From the NCBI GenBank assembly GCA_951406725.2, contig OX597839.1, positions 39,370,001 through 39,434,000 on the forward strand: a stretch of 64,000 bases of DNA, read 5' to 3'. A program made the position numbers and the translations under genes. The DNA is from Octopus vulgaris. Lineage: Eukaryota. Each line of letters opens with the position of its first letter. Within the stretch, counting starts at the first letter, position 1. The notes under the pieces were generated by a model. It was not told the DNA's origin. It saw only the letters and a program-made list of their open reading frames with translations, and ran no database searches. This document shows, piece after piece, positions 12,373-25,849 of this stretch.

Positions 12373-13095
12373 TACTTGCCCAAGATTCTAGCTGTAGGAG
12401 TGAAATCATAATTTCTTCATTGCAAAGCGAATGTCTTTATCTCATAGCCACATCTGGCTATTTGCCTATAGCCTGAATCAAAATTCAGAGTAAGTATTGG
12501 TTGAAGACAAAAAATACTTGCTCAAGGTGCCAGCTGTTAGATTGAACTCCCAACCTCTTCGTTGTAACTCAAACATCTCTACCTTGCAGCTATACCACAT
12601 TTATATGCTCACACCATGAATCAAAATATAGACTATCTACTGATAGGAAACAAAACACCTGCTCAAGGTGTAAGGCTGTAGAATTGAACTGATGACCTCT
12701 TCATTGGAAAATAATTGTCTTTACTTCACTCTCTGAGCCATACCTGGGATATTTCTTTGCAGCCTGACTCAAAACAGACTATGTACTGATAGAAGCCAAA
12801 ACACCTGTCCAAGGTGCAGGCTGTAGATCTGAACTTATGACCTTCATTGCTAAGTAAAAGCCTTTATCTCACCCTCATGGCCATGCCTGGGATATCTGCT
12901 GGCAGCCCGAGTCGAAATATAGACTACATATTTGCAAATGACAAAACATTTGCTTAAGGTGCTACCTGAAGAATTGAACTTATGACCTCTTCAATGCGAA
13001 GTAGATACTTCTAAACCACACCGTCACAGCCATGCCTTGTATATTTGTTTGCAGCCTGAATCGAAATATAGACTATGAATAAATACTTGTCAAAA
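12373..13095 (-). repeat. Tandem array of five 141-146 bp units derived from a tRNA-like SINE head
   Basis: Units start at about 12373, 12515, 12656, 12802 and 12947 with CAC(C/T)TGCTCAAGGTG...TTGAACT...AGCCTGAATCAAAATATAGACTA. Confidence 0.8.
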
Positions 13096-13139
13096 CACAA
13101 ATCCGAACACCAGAAAACCGTTAATATTACTAAGTGCCT

Positions 13140-13747
13140 GCCAAGTATGTAGAAGCTTTTGAGGAAGGAAATTCTTTGGTAAACAGCCATCTTTTGCACC
13201 CACCTTCTTCATCTGAAGGCACAAACGCTTGCTGTTGTAAATAAGATGCCAGCCAAGGTTTATTATAACAGTGTGTTGAGTTACTTTGTAACAAGAATAT
13301 ATGAGAGATTCCGTAACGAAGATGGTCATAACAAGGGCATCCGTGTTGTAAAAAGTCATGCCAAAATAGGGAATGGACAAAATTAAGGAATGGTAGAGAG
13401 AACTTTTGGATTACATTGAAGATAACCTCTTTAATGTCAGCATCACCTAACCTATTTCTTTACTACCCACAAGGGGATAAACAAAGAGAGGATAAACAAG
13501 GACAAACAAACGGATTAAGTCAATTATATTGACCCCAGTGCGTAACTGGTACTTATTTAATTGACCCCAAAAGGATGAAAGGCAAAGTCAACCTTGGTGG
13601 AATTTGAACCCAGAACGTAACTGCAGACGAAATACCACTAAGCGTTTCGCCCAGCGTGCTAACGATTCTGCCAGCTCACTGTCTTGTCAGCATCACCTAA
13701 CCGACACTATGAAGTGTTTGGTGATAGGAAGGGTAAACGGCTTTTAA
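13140..13747 (+). pseudogene. Decayed annexin-like sequence (repeats 3-4), split by a SINE
   Basis: LAVVNK..SYFVTRIYERF..KGIRVVKSHAKIG/MDKIKEW*RELLDYIEDNL..DTMKCLVIG versus annexin LAIVK..AYFAERLY..LIRIMVSRSEIDM.DIK..SL...I..D; stops and frameshifts. Confidence 0.6.
13453..13684 (-). mobile_element. SINE family A with 18-bp TSD
   Basis: TSD TGTCAGCATCACCTAACC at 13435-13452 and 13685-13702. Confidence 0.92.
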
Positions 13748-13799
13748 AAATCAGTGAGAGCTATGAATAAGCTATGACCCTTTACCTGTCCTGTGTATT

Positions 13800-14126
13800 A
13801 CTGTGACACACAGGAAATATTTCCCTTGAATCCATGCATCATATGGTACTCATTCCCAAATTTTGTTTTCAACCACGAGGGTAACTTGGGACTTATGAAA
13901 GAAAAGCTTTATACTACTCAGAATATATTAAAAAAAAGGGCTAAATAAAAATTTGAAAACACACATGGATGTTAAAGACAAACTTATGGAAATACATTGA
14001 ATAGGCAAACGGTTAAAGATTTTAATTATGTCTTTGATTTCCTTCCATACTTAAGGTTTATGAAAGTTTAATGCTCGGTACGTCAATAATTTGCTTGCCC
14101 TCTGTAGCATATGTGAAATTAATTGA
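13800..14126 (+). pseudogene. Second decayed annexin-like repeat 4 / C-terminus
   Basis: EG/LGTYE (13877-13899, compare KGLGTDE), ILLRI, RQTYGNTLNRQTVKDF (compare YGK.L...I..D) and terminal RYVNNLLALCSICEIN* (compare DY...LLALCG); frameshifted. Confidence 0.55.
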
Positions 14127-14685
14127 AACATAAAGTGAATTTCTTCAGAAACTTGGTTACACAAGGTTGAACTCAGAACATAGTGACAGATGAAATACCA
14201 CTAAGCAATTTGCCTGGCATGCTAACGACTCTGCCAGTTCGCTGCCTTAATAATAATAATCATAATAATTATAAGCAAATATTCAGCTCAATACCACAGA
14301 TTTGCTTGTCAGTTTTTTTACCTTAACCAGTTGAGCATGTCCCTTAGTGACTGATGACATGTGCATCTCTGGTCATGAGCAGAAGTAGATGGGGAGCATC
14401 ATAGCCATGTGTTGAAAGGAATTCTTAGAGGTTTGGATAATTCACCTTTGGAAACATGCGTGTTTTGTTCATCATCCTTAAACAAACCTTATTCAGGGAC
14501 CTTTTGAGCGGGATGGGCTGTTCATCTTGATATGAGATCACCATGTCGCGCACATATGGTTGTGATGCATGTGCCTGGTGTACCCTTATCAGACGGGTAG
14601 TCATGATGGGTATACTGGGTTTCGTATATTTTACCCCAGTGTCACTTTGATGGCATGCACTGCTTTCTCATTCAACAACAACTAC

Positions 14686-14722
<37 letters not shown>

Positions 14723-15149
14723 TTTTCAAATTTAGGTACAAGACCAGTAATTTTTAGGTGGGGTGCAAGTTGATTAAATCAATCCCAGTTTTTGACTGGT
14801 ATTTTATTTTATGAACCCTGGAGAATTGAACGGCAAAGGTGACCCCAGTGGGTTTTGAACTTGTAATGCAGAGAGCTGAAAAGGATTACTGCAAAACATC
14901 TTCAACTCTCTAACAACAACAACAATTTTTATTTTGGCACAAGGCCAGCAAGTTTGAGTGGTAGTGAATTACATCAACTCCCAATAGTTGACAAATATTA
15001 ATTCTATCAACCCCAAGAGGATGAAAGGCAAAGCCGACTTTAGCGGAATTTGAACCCAGAAGGGAATGATCCAGAAGAAATGCAGTAATCAGTTGGATTT
15101 CCTTACAGTTCTTGCTAGCTTCATAATTTATAATAATAATAATAATAAT

Positions 15150-15357
15150 CCTTTCATCTCAAGGCACAATGCCAGACATTTGGGGGGAGGGAGTAGTTAA
15201 TTACATTAATCCCAGTGCATGACTAGTACTTAATTTGTCAACCCCGAAAGGATGAAAGGCAAAGTCGACCTCGGCGGAATTTGAACTCAGAACGTAAGTA
15301 GGGATGAAATGCCACTAAGCATTTCGTCTGGCATGCTAACGAGTCTGCCAGCTCACC
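15150..15357 (-). mobile_element. SINE family A variant within (AAT)n tracts
   Basis: CCCCGAAAGGATGAAAGGCAAAGTCGACCTCGGCGGAATTTGAACTC. Confidence 0.85.
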
Positions 15358-15366
15358 ATGATTACC

Positions 15367-15406
<40 letters not shown>

Positions 15407-15676
15407 AAATAATAATAACAATTATTAATTTTCGCCACAAGGCCAACATCGATACGAACACTGCAGCGCAAGAAACATCGTCAAAAATCTTAATGCTTTA
15501 AATGTGCAAACATTTACATTGCTTATGTATACACATATACACACATGCATATATTTGTGTGTGTGTATACATGAGTGTGTACATATAAGTATCTGAGTCT
15601 GTTTGTATGTATGTAAGTGTATGTGTTCATATATGTGTGTGTGTGTGTGTGTACGTCTGTATGTCAATATATGAGC

Positions 15677-15720
<44 letters not shown>

Positions 15721-16225
15721 CATGCACATTTATAACTATATAAACTGTATATATAAAACAAAAAACGCCCACAAGCATATATATATACATGTATATGTGC
15801 ATATATGTATACATGCGTATGTTTGCATATATATATATATATATATATATGTAAATTTCTCACATGCATATATATACATGTATGTGTGTATATGTATGTC
15901 TGTATAAATGATGACAATATATGTGTGCGCATATTTTTATATATTTTTGTTTACACACACACAAACACAGAAATTTCCCACATGCATATATATACAAGTA
16001 TACGAGTATGTATACTTCTGTGTAAATGACAACAGTGTATGTGCACACACACACATATATATATATATATATGCGTGTACATATGCTTCCATACATATAT
16101 ATATATATATTTATACATTTACACATATATATCAACATACTTCACACACATGCACACACATTTATAAAAATATGTACTCTACACGTAATAGTTTGACATG
16201 AGAACATTATGTGAGTGTATATGCA

Positions 16226-16270
<45 letters not shown>

Positions 16271-16365
16271 GTATGCACACAAACACCCATAAATCTAGGT
16301 CAATTAAGACTTGTAGCCATGTGCTTCTGAACTCCCCCATTCTGTCTCCTTTCCTGCTCTTTCAT

Positions 16366-16407
<42 letters not shown>

Positions 16408-16969
16408 ACAGACAATATGTTCCATTACTGACAGAGATGCAGAGTGCACACTCTTTAATATGCACAATTACATGTGCAGCTCACGCACAGATACACACAT
16501 ATATATATATAAATATATATATATACAGATATTCACTCCGACAGACATATGCACATAAGGTCAGAGAAAGAGAGAAAGAAAGAGGTGAGAGATGTGAGGA
16601 GAGAGAAAGGTGAGAAGAAAGAGAGAGAGAGAGAGAGACAGAGAGAGAGATTGACAGAGACAGAGGGACATGCATTCTCATACTAAGAGGCAAACACATA
16701 CATAAAATATATATCGTGCCATACAGCCTTACACATACATACACACACACATGCACTCAAACATAGACACATATATATTCTTTCATGCAACCATACGTTT
16801 GTACACACATACACACACATGCAGACAGATACAGTGAGACACCCTCAAAACACACATGCAAAGAAGAATACCAACACATACACATAGAGACAAGTGCATA
16901 TTCTACCATGAAATCTTACATTCACATACATGTACACACACACACACAATCTACCTCTCTCTCTCTCAC

Positions 16970-17225
16970 ATCTATCTATCCATCTATCTGTCTATCCATC
17001 TATCTGTCTGTCTACACTCATATCTATCTATCTATCTATCTGTCTATCCATCTATCTATCCATCTATCTGTCTGTCTATCTATCTATCCATCTATCTATC
17101 TGTCTGTCCATCTGTCTGTCTATCTGTCTGTCTATCTATCTGTCAATCTATCTATCTGGCTGTCTATCTATCTGTCTATCTATCTGGTTGTCTATTTGTC
17201 TATATATATATATATATATATATAT
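16970..17225. repeat. (CTAT/CTGT)n tetranucleotide microsatellite
   Basis: Direct reading. Confidence 0.9.
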
Positions 17226-17613
17226 AGACTGTATGTACAAACATACAGTCTCTCTCTCTCTCTCTCTCTCACACACATATCTATCTCTCTCTCTCACACA
17301 CACATATCTATCTATCTATATATCTATCTATATATATATATACACACACACATACACAGACAAGTTCATATTCTCTTATACAAGCTCACATTCACACACA
17401 CACACATACATACACCAAGATAACACAAACATAAGCCATTGAAGAAATACAGAGATGTTGTCTGCACTACCCTCCTACACACACACACACACACACACGG
17501 ACATACAACAAAATACACACACGTACACATATACACATACAACAACGAGACTAGCTAGGTCAGAGAAGATATATTGAGAGAGAGCGAGCGAGCGAGAGAG
17601 AGGATATCAGACA

Positions 17614-17706
17614 ATGTTCCTTTACCATAATCTTGGCAAAGTTCCAACCATTTCTAAGCTTCAGTGTCAAACGGTTATTTCAAACAACCAGCAAAACTTG
17701 ACTTTG
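17614..17706 (+). other. Candidate short coding first exon (MFLYHNLGKVPTISKLQCQTVISNNQQNLTL)
   Basis: Unique island after (GAGC)n; ATG at 17614, 31 open codons, donor-like TTG|GTATGT at 17707. Confidence 0.25.
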
Positions 17707-18131
17707 GTATGTTTTTCTGTGTCTGTGTACACGCATGTGTGTGTGTGGGTGTGTATGCACATGTATCTGTGTACGTGTGTCTGTGTAGCTGTGAGTGTGT
17801 CTGCGTGTGTGTGTGTGTGTGCGATATGTAGGCCAGCATATACAACCACTATACAACTCATAGTATCTAATCTATTCTCTAAGCTACAAAGGTTCTATAG
17901 AATGATAGAAATGTTATAGTGGTTCTATAGAACAATTCTGTAGACCTGTCTGGCGTTTGTCTGAGAAAATGTTAAAAACAATAGTGTTATAGTATGGAAA
18001 ACAGACATTTAATGGTGATGATAATGATGATTATAGATATATATAATAATAATAATAATAGTAGAGAATATAATTGCTTAATAGAGGTTATTTCTCTTAA
18101 TTATATACATACATATATATATATATAAATA

Positions 18132-18370
18132 TCATCATCATCATCATCATTTAGCATCCGCATTCCATGCTAGCATGGGTTGGATGGTTCAACTGGTGTC
18201 TGTGAAGCCAGAAGGCTTCATCAGGCCCAGTCTGATCTGGCAGTGTCTCTACGGCTGGATGCCCTTCCTAACGCCAACCACTCCGTGAGTGTAGTGGGTG
18301 CTTTTTACGTGCCACCCGCACAGGTGCCAGACGGAGCTGGCAAACGGCCACGGACGGATGCTGCTTTTTA
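18132..18370 (-). mobile_element. SINE family C
   Basis: (CAT)n followed by TTTAGCATCCGC...GGATGCCCTTCCTAACGCC. Confidence 0.88.
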
Positions 18371-18391
18371 TATATATATATATATTTTAAT

Positions 18392-18765
18392 TGTTTCAGT
18401 CATTTGACTGTGGCCATGTTGCAGCACCGCTTTTAGTTGAGCAAATCGACCCCAGGACTTATTCTTTGTAAGCCTAGTACTTATTCTATCGGTCTCTTTT
18501 GCCGAACCGCTAAGATACGGGGACGTAAACACACACCAGCATTGGTTGTCAAGCAATGTTGGGGGGACAAATACAGACGCACAAACACACATATACATAT
18601 ATACGAAAGGCTTCTTTCAGTTTCCGTCTACCAAATCCACTCACAAGGCTTTGGTCGGCTCGAGGCTATATTAGAAGACGCTTGCCCAAGGTGCTATGCA
18701 GTGGGACTGAACCCGGAACCATGTGGTTGGTAAGCAAGCCACTTACCACACAGCCACTCCTGTGC
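18392..18765 (-). mobile_element. SINE family B
   Basis: Full-length match to other B copies. Confidence 0.9.
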
Positions 18766-19076
18766 CTGTGCCTGGCACGTAACAAACACCATCCGATCGT
18801 GGCCGTGCCAGCCTCACCTGGCCTCCGTGCCGGTGGCACGTAAAAAACACCATCCGAGCGTGGCCGTTCGCCAGCCTCGTCTGGCACCTGTGTCGGCAGC
18901 ACATAAAAAGCCCCCACTACACTCACGGAGTGGTTGGCGTTAGGAAGGGCATCCAGCCGTAGAAACATTGCCAGATCTGACTGGCCTGGTGCAGCCTTCT
19001 GGGTTCCCAGACCCCAGTTGAACCGTCCAACCCATGCTAGCATGGAAAGCGGATGTTAAACGATGATGATGATGAT
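18765..19076 (+). mobile_element. SINE family C
   Basis: GGCGTTAGGAAGGGCATCCAGCCG core with (GAT)n tail. Confidence 0.88.
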
Positions 19077-19080
19077 ATAA

Positions 19081-19124
<44 letters not shown>

Positions 19125-19367
19125 GTATGTTCTTTTATCTGTTTCAGTCATTTGACTGTGGATCACCATTTTATAACGGTTGAAGAGTTAATTAGTGAAC
19201 ATTAATATGGAACGTCAGAGTCATAATCAGTTTGTAATGCGTTCTTGTTAGTTGATTGCCACTATGTAAAGATGAAAGAACAGTGATTGAAGTTGTAAAC
19301 AAAATATTTATTTACCGTTACATTATACAATACCTTGCCTTGATGGGCAGGCGATAAAATCCAAAAG

Positions 19368-19615
19368 CATCATCATCATCATCATTTAGCGTCCGCTTTC
19401 CATGCTAGCATGGGTTGGACGGTTCAACTGGGGTCTGGGAAGCCAGAAGGCTGCATCAGGCCCAGTCTGATCTGGCAGTGTTTCTACGGCTGGATGCCCT
19501 TCCTAACGCCAACCACTCCGTGAGTGTAGTGGGTGCTCTTTTTACGTGCCACCCGCACAGGAGCCAGACGGAGCTGGCAAACGGCCACAGACGGATGGTG
19601 CTTTTTACGTGCCAT
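19368..19615 (-). mobile_element. SINE family C
   Basis: Same core and tail as other C copies. Confidence 0.88.
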
Positions 19616-20294
19616 GTGAAGTAAAAAAGTTAATTTCGGCCTGTATGTTCTAATTGTTGTAGTAAACCATAGAGAGACATAGGGTAATGTGCAGAGAAGA
19701 GAAAGTGAGTTAGTGAAAGTGAGGGAGTGTGGGAATTTGGATCTCGTACAGTCGGCTTTTCCCTCTGGCTGTTTGTCTGCCTGCTTGTGGCCATGATTCT
19801 AGTAGCCTGTTCCCTAACTGATGTCAGCTCTCTCTCAACTCACGAGCTGTCACCAACTGACTAAGTTGCCACCAAGTGACTAACTGATTTTTGCTTGGGG
19901 TTCTTGCTTTTATAACTATCCAGAAGGATAGACATATCGATGAGAACGAATGATGGGCTTCGTTGGTGGTATTGTGATATCTCTATTCTAGCTTTTGGCG
20001 AAGTCGAAGAGGTTAGAAAGGGTCAAGTGGTGAAGATATTATTTTGGCCTAGCTAAGGCATCTGCAAAATGTAAAAATGCTGTCAGAGAAAAACTATTGT
20101 TTTACCATGAGAAAAAGTTATGTTGAACTGTTACTTGAAATTTGGCCATGGTGGATTGAATCTACTTCAAGGCTACAAGATCCACTACAACTATACACAC
20201 ACACACACATATATATACACACATACACATATATATATACACACACACATACATATATATATATACACACACATACATATATATATATACACAC

Positions 20295-20347
<53 letters not shown>

Positions 20348-20493
20348 CATACATGCATATGCATACATATATACATACATACATACATATATACATACAT
20401 ATATACACATCATCACCAAATCATTGTCATCACCACCAGCATCTGTCATCACCACAAACTTCAGTTATTTTCTCACAGGAACTCTTTCACAAT

Positions 20494-20527
<34 letters not shown>

Positions 20528-21105
20528 AATATATATATCTATATATATATATATATATATATATAGTTAAATATTTATTATCACTGTTATATTTGTGACC
20601 TTTACTGAAAACTGGGTTTTTGGATTAACTCAAGGTCAAGTTCCTGGCAAGCTAACAACAAACAAACATCTGTTAATAACTTCTTCCTATTTATCCCACC
20701 ACCCCTAATTACTACTATTACTAATACAACCACTACCACCACCCAGAATAGGTCCTGGGGTTGATTTGCTCGACTAAAGGCGGTGCTCCAGCATGGCCAC
20801 AGTCACATGACTGAAACAAGTAAAAGAGTAAAAAAATAGATATCCTGGGTCAGGGATGACGCCATGAGACTAAAACGGCAACGTCTCCACCAACTCCTAC
20901 AATTACATTAGCCACATAGAATTTGGAACCGGATACTTTATTACTGCCGAGTTTCTAAGCATTTTGGGGTTCATATTCAACAAGGGCCCAGGACATGCTT
21001 GTATGTACGGAGAGCCATAATTTTACTCGGCTTGATTTGTATTCTCAAGTACAGTAAATCGCCACAAGTCCCAGTCACATATCACACACAAGCTTCTTAC
21101 AGTTT

Positions 21106-21891
21106 CTTATTTCTTTATTACCCACAAGGGGATAAACATAGAAGGGACAAACAAAGACAGATAAAGGGATTAAGTCGATTATACCGACCCCAGTGCATAA
21201 CTGGTACTTCATTTATCGACCCCGAAAGGATGAAAGGCAAAGTTAACCTTGTTGGGATTTGAACTCAGAACGTAAAGGCAGACAAAATACCTATTTCTTT
21301 ACTACCCACAAGGGGCTAAATACAGAGGGGATAAACAAGGACAGACAAACGGATTAAGTCAATTACATCGGCCCCAGTGAATAACTGGTACTTATTTAAT
21401 CGACCCCTAAAGGATGAAAGGCAAAGTCAACCTCGGCGGAATTTGAACTCAGAACGTAAAGGCAGACAAAATACTTATTTCTTTACTACCCACAAGGGGC
21501 TAAACATAGAGGGGACAAACAAGGACAGACAAACGGATTAAGTCAATTACATCGACCTCAGTGAATAACTGGTACTTATTTAATCGACCCCGAAAGGATG
21601 AAAGGCAAAGTCGACCTCGGCGGAATTTGAACTCAGAACGTAACGGCAGACAAAATACCTATTTCTTTACTACCCACATGGGGCTAAACACAGAGGAGAC
21701 AAACAAGGACAGACAGACGGATTATATCAATTATATCAACCCCAGTGCGTAACTGGTACTTAATCTATCGACCCCGAAAGGATGAAAGGCAAAGTCGACC
21801 TCGGCGGAATTTGAACTCAGAATGTAACAGCAGACGAAATATCGCTAAGCATTTCGCCCGGCATGCTAACGTTTCTGCCAGCTCGCCGCCT
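21106..21891 (-). mobile_element. SINE family A tetramer (period about 185 bp)
   Basis: Four head-to-tail bodies; only the 21891 end has the GGCGGCGAGCTGG head; flanked by TTACAGTTTCT-like direct repeats. Confidence 0.92.
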
Positions 21892-22300
21892 TTACAGTCT
21901 CTTACAGTTTCTACCAACCAAATCCATTTTCAAGGCTTTCATTGGCCCAGAGCCACTATAGAAGATGCTGCCCCAAGGTACTGCATGGGGGAAATGAATA
22001 GGATTTCCTTCCCCGTTTTGTAAACCCTTCACCCCATGAACGATGATAGATAAGGTATGGGTTTGTTTTTAAATTTAATGCACGTACACAACACCTACCC
22101 ATGCTGCAACACTTCTTGCACCACGCGAATACACATGCATGCACAGACACACACGTATGCAAACTCATGCTATTGCTCCCTCAGAAATATTCATATATTT
22201 GGCATGGCGCCGGCTTGAAACAAATTGACAGTAGATAGCTATCTCTTTGAAAATATATCAATTTCACTCGGAAGATAATATCAAATCTATCTCATATTTG

Positions 22301-22381
<81 letters not shown>

Positions 22382-22844
22382 CATACATATATATATATAT
22401 ATGTTAGATATACGGATATAATATTTTATAGAGATATCTCTGTGTATGTGTGTGTGTATATATGTAAATGTCTACATACATCCATGTATACATATATAGG
22501 TGTATGTGTGTGTGTGTGTATATGTCTTATATACATCTATATATACATATATAGGTGTATATATGTAAACATAGACATATATACATATATAAGTATATAC
22601 ACACACATATATATATATATATAGACATATATACATATATATATATACACACACATATATAGACATATATACATACATATATATATATACACACACATAT
22701 ATAGACATATATACATATATATATATATAGATATACACACACATATATATAGACATATATACATACATATATACACACACACACACACACATATACATGC
22801 GTGCTACACAAGCACATGCTTGTATATAAATATAAGCATGTGTA

Positions 22845-22888
<44 letters not shown>

Positions 22889-23506
22889 GATACGGAACAG
22901 CTTTACTTTTCAACTTGTATCGAAAATATGACTATGGTCTAGTTTTATGTCAATTTTTTTTATATTTTCTTATCACAGTTTTTTTTCTTTGTTTCCATAA
23001 TGTTTCAAGAGTGCTTTACAATTTATTTGGAAGATTAAAAGTACCTAGATTCATTATCAACATTTCTAGACTTTCACAGGTTCATCTTCAGGAAGAGAAG
23101 TGATGCACGCATCTACTGCAGCCATGTTCATAAAGAAACAAAGCCAATGTGCTTGGTTGTATCTCTAATCCTTTACTTACCTCAGTTATTTGACCATGGT
23201 CATGCTGGGGCATTGATATTTTGTAATTATTCCACTTGTTCCATAATTCTTGTGCAGAAATGCTAATTTACAGGGATGTAATCACCAATTGTCAAGGGGT
23301 GGTGGTGGGGGAACAAACACAAATATACACACACACATAATATTCAATGTGCTTCCATGCAGTTTCCATTTACCAAATTCACTCACAAGGCATTGGTAGG
23401 CTTGGGGCTAAAGTAGAAGGCACTTCTCGAAGTGCTGCAAGGTGGAATTGAACCCAAAACCACATGGTTGCAAAGCAAGCTTCTTAACCACAAAGCCATA
23501 CACAAA

Positions 23507-23868
23507 CATCATCATCATCATCGTTTAACATCCGCTTTCCATGCGGGCATGGGTTGGAAGGTTTGACTGTGGCCTGGTAAACGAAGAAGCTGCATCAGGT
23601 TCCAATCTGATCTGACAAGGTTTCTACAGCTGGATGCCCTTCCTAACGCCAACCACTCCAAAAGTGTAGTGGGTGTCTTTTATGTGCCACCAGTACAGGA
23701 GTCAGTCAAAAGGCTCTGGCATCAAGCACGTTAGGATGGTGCTTTTCATGTGCCACCAGCATAGGATTCAGTGAGGAGGCACTGGCAACAACTATGTTCA
23801 GATGGTGCTTCTTACATGCCACTGGCATCGACCACGGTCAAATGGCGCTTTTTACGTGCCACTGGCAT
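23507..23868 (-). mobile_element. SINE family C
   Basis: (CAT)n followed by CGTTTAACATCCGC. Confidence 0.85.
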
Positions 23869-24104
23869 ATCTATATACACACACATCAGGTTTCCACATA
23901 GTTTCCATGAACTAAATCTACTCCCAAGATATCAACCCAGCCTGGGGCTGCAGTAGAAGACATTTGCCCCAAGACCCAAGATAGTGTGCAGTGAGATTGA
24001 ACCCAAAGCCATGTGGTTGGGAAGCAAACTTCTTAACCACTCACCCATAACTGTACCTACATTACTGCAGAAATGCATTCGAAATATTACCTATATATAT
24101 AGAC

Positions 24105-24473
24105 ACGGGCATGGCTGCGTGGTAAGAAACTTGCTTCCCAATCACATGGTTCTGGGTTCAGTCCCACTGCATGGCACCTTGGGCAAGTGTCTTCTACTAC
24201 AGCCTTGGGCAGACCAAAGCCTTGTGAGTGGATTTGGAAACTGAAAGAAACCCGTCGCGTGTGTGTGTGTGTGTGTGTTTCCCCATCACCATTTGGCGAC
24301 CAGTGTTGGTGTGTTTACATCCCCCATAACTTAGTGGTTTGGCAAAAATGGCCAACAGAATAACTCCTAAGCCTAAAGAATAAGTCCTGGGGTCGATTTG
24401 TTTGACTGAAACAGTTCAAGGCGGTGCTCCAGCATGGCCGCAGTCAAATGACTGAAACAAGTAAAAGAATAAA
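24105..24473 (+). mobile_element. SINE family B
   Basis: GGCATGGCTGCGTGGTAAG head; GGTTCAGTCCC B-box. Confidence 0.85.
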
Positions 24474-25125
24474 ATACACACACACACACACACACACATC
24501 CATTTACATCAAAAGATACAAACAGTCAAAGGAAGAGCGCAAATGCATCTTTGGATGCAAATGCATACGTGCACTTGTTCAAGGGGTGATGGGGGTGGGG
24601 TGGGGTGGGGTGGGGTAGGGTGTGCATATAAAATTATCCCCCAAATCATCATCATCATCGCAGTCATCATTACTTTAAGAACCACCACAGCTACTATGAC
24701 TTTCATCATCCTCATCATCATCACTAGCATCTTCATCCTCTTCATTATCAGTCATCTTCCATTCATCGGGAGAAAATTAAGAAATACAAAAAAAATAATA
24801 AAAATTAAAAAAAAAACACAACTGCGGAAGCATTTACCAATTTTTTTTTCTCCTGGAGGTGGTGGGTGGGGGAGCGGAATTAGCTCATAGAACTGGTTGA
24901 CATTGAAGGGTGTATAGATGTGTTTGTGTACGTTTGTATATAATATATATGAATTTGTATATACATATGTGCACACATGCATATGTGTGTGTGTGTGTGT
25001 GTGTGTATATGCATACATATATGTAGTTATGTGTATGTATATATATGTATGCATGTATATATATATGTGTGTGTGTGTGTGTGTATGTGTGTATATATAT
25101 ATATGTGTGTGCGTGTGTGTGTGTA

Positions 25126-25169
<44 letters not shown>

Positions 25170-25223
25170 CATATATATACGTGTGTAAATATATACATGT
25201 GTATATATATATTTATGTGTGTG

Positions 25224-25272
<49 letters not shown>

Positions 25273-25849
25273 GCATGAGTATGTGTAAGCATTTGTGTAT
25301 CTAAAACAATCATATATATATATATATATATATATGCATACACACACACACACATACACAAAAGAATGTATGCATACACATATAATATACACCCACACAG
25401 ATATACGCATACTCAAGTATACTACAAGCAGCTGAAGATTACACTCACTAATCCCAACTGCAAACAGCTGATAATCTTCATATATATGTAATTCCTCACT
25501 AATCCACATTGACTTCTTCAAACCTTTTCACTGCCGCCGTCGCTCTGCGCCACCACCGCCGCCGCCATCACTCCGGTTTCCTTCAACTGGTGTTTCCAGG
25601 AATCAAGAAATCAAAGAACCCAGGAATCACACAAGAAAGTGCTTGCTTCCAACGAGATCCATCTTATCTAAACAGGTTTGATTTATTATAAGCAACACAT
25701 GAGATTTACTTGGGAAAAATAATATAGTGTTCATTAAATTTAAGAGTGAGCGAGTGGAGCAGAGTGAACCATCAGCTTTGAATTACTATACATACACACA
25801 CACAGACATACATATACAATATCTATCTATCTATCTATCTACATAGTAT

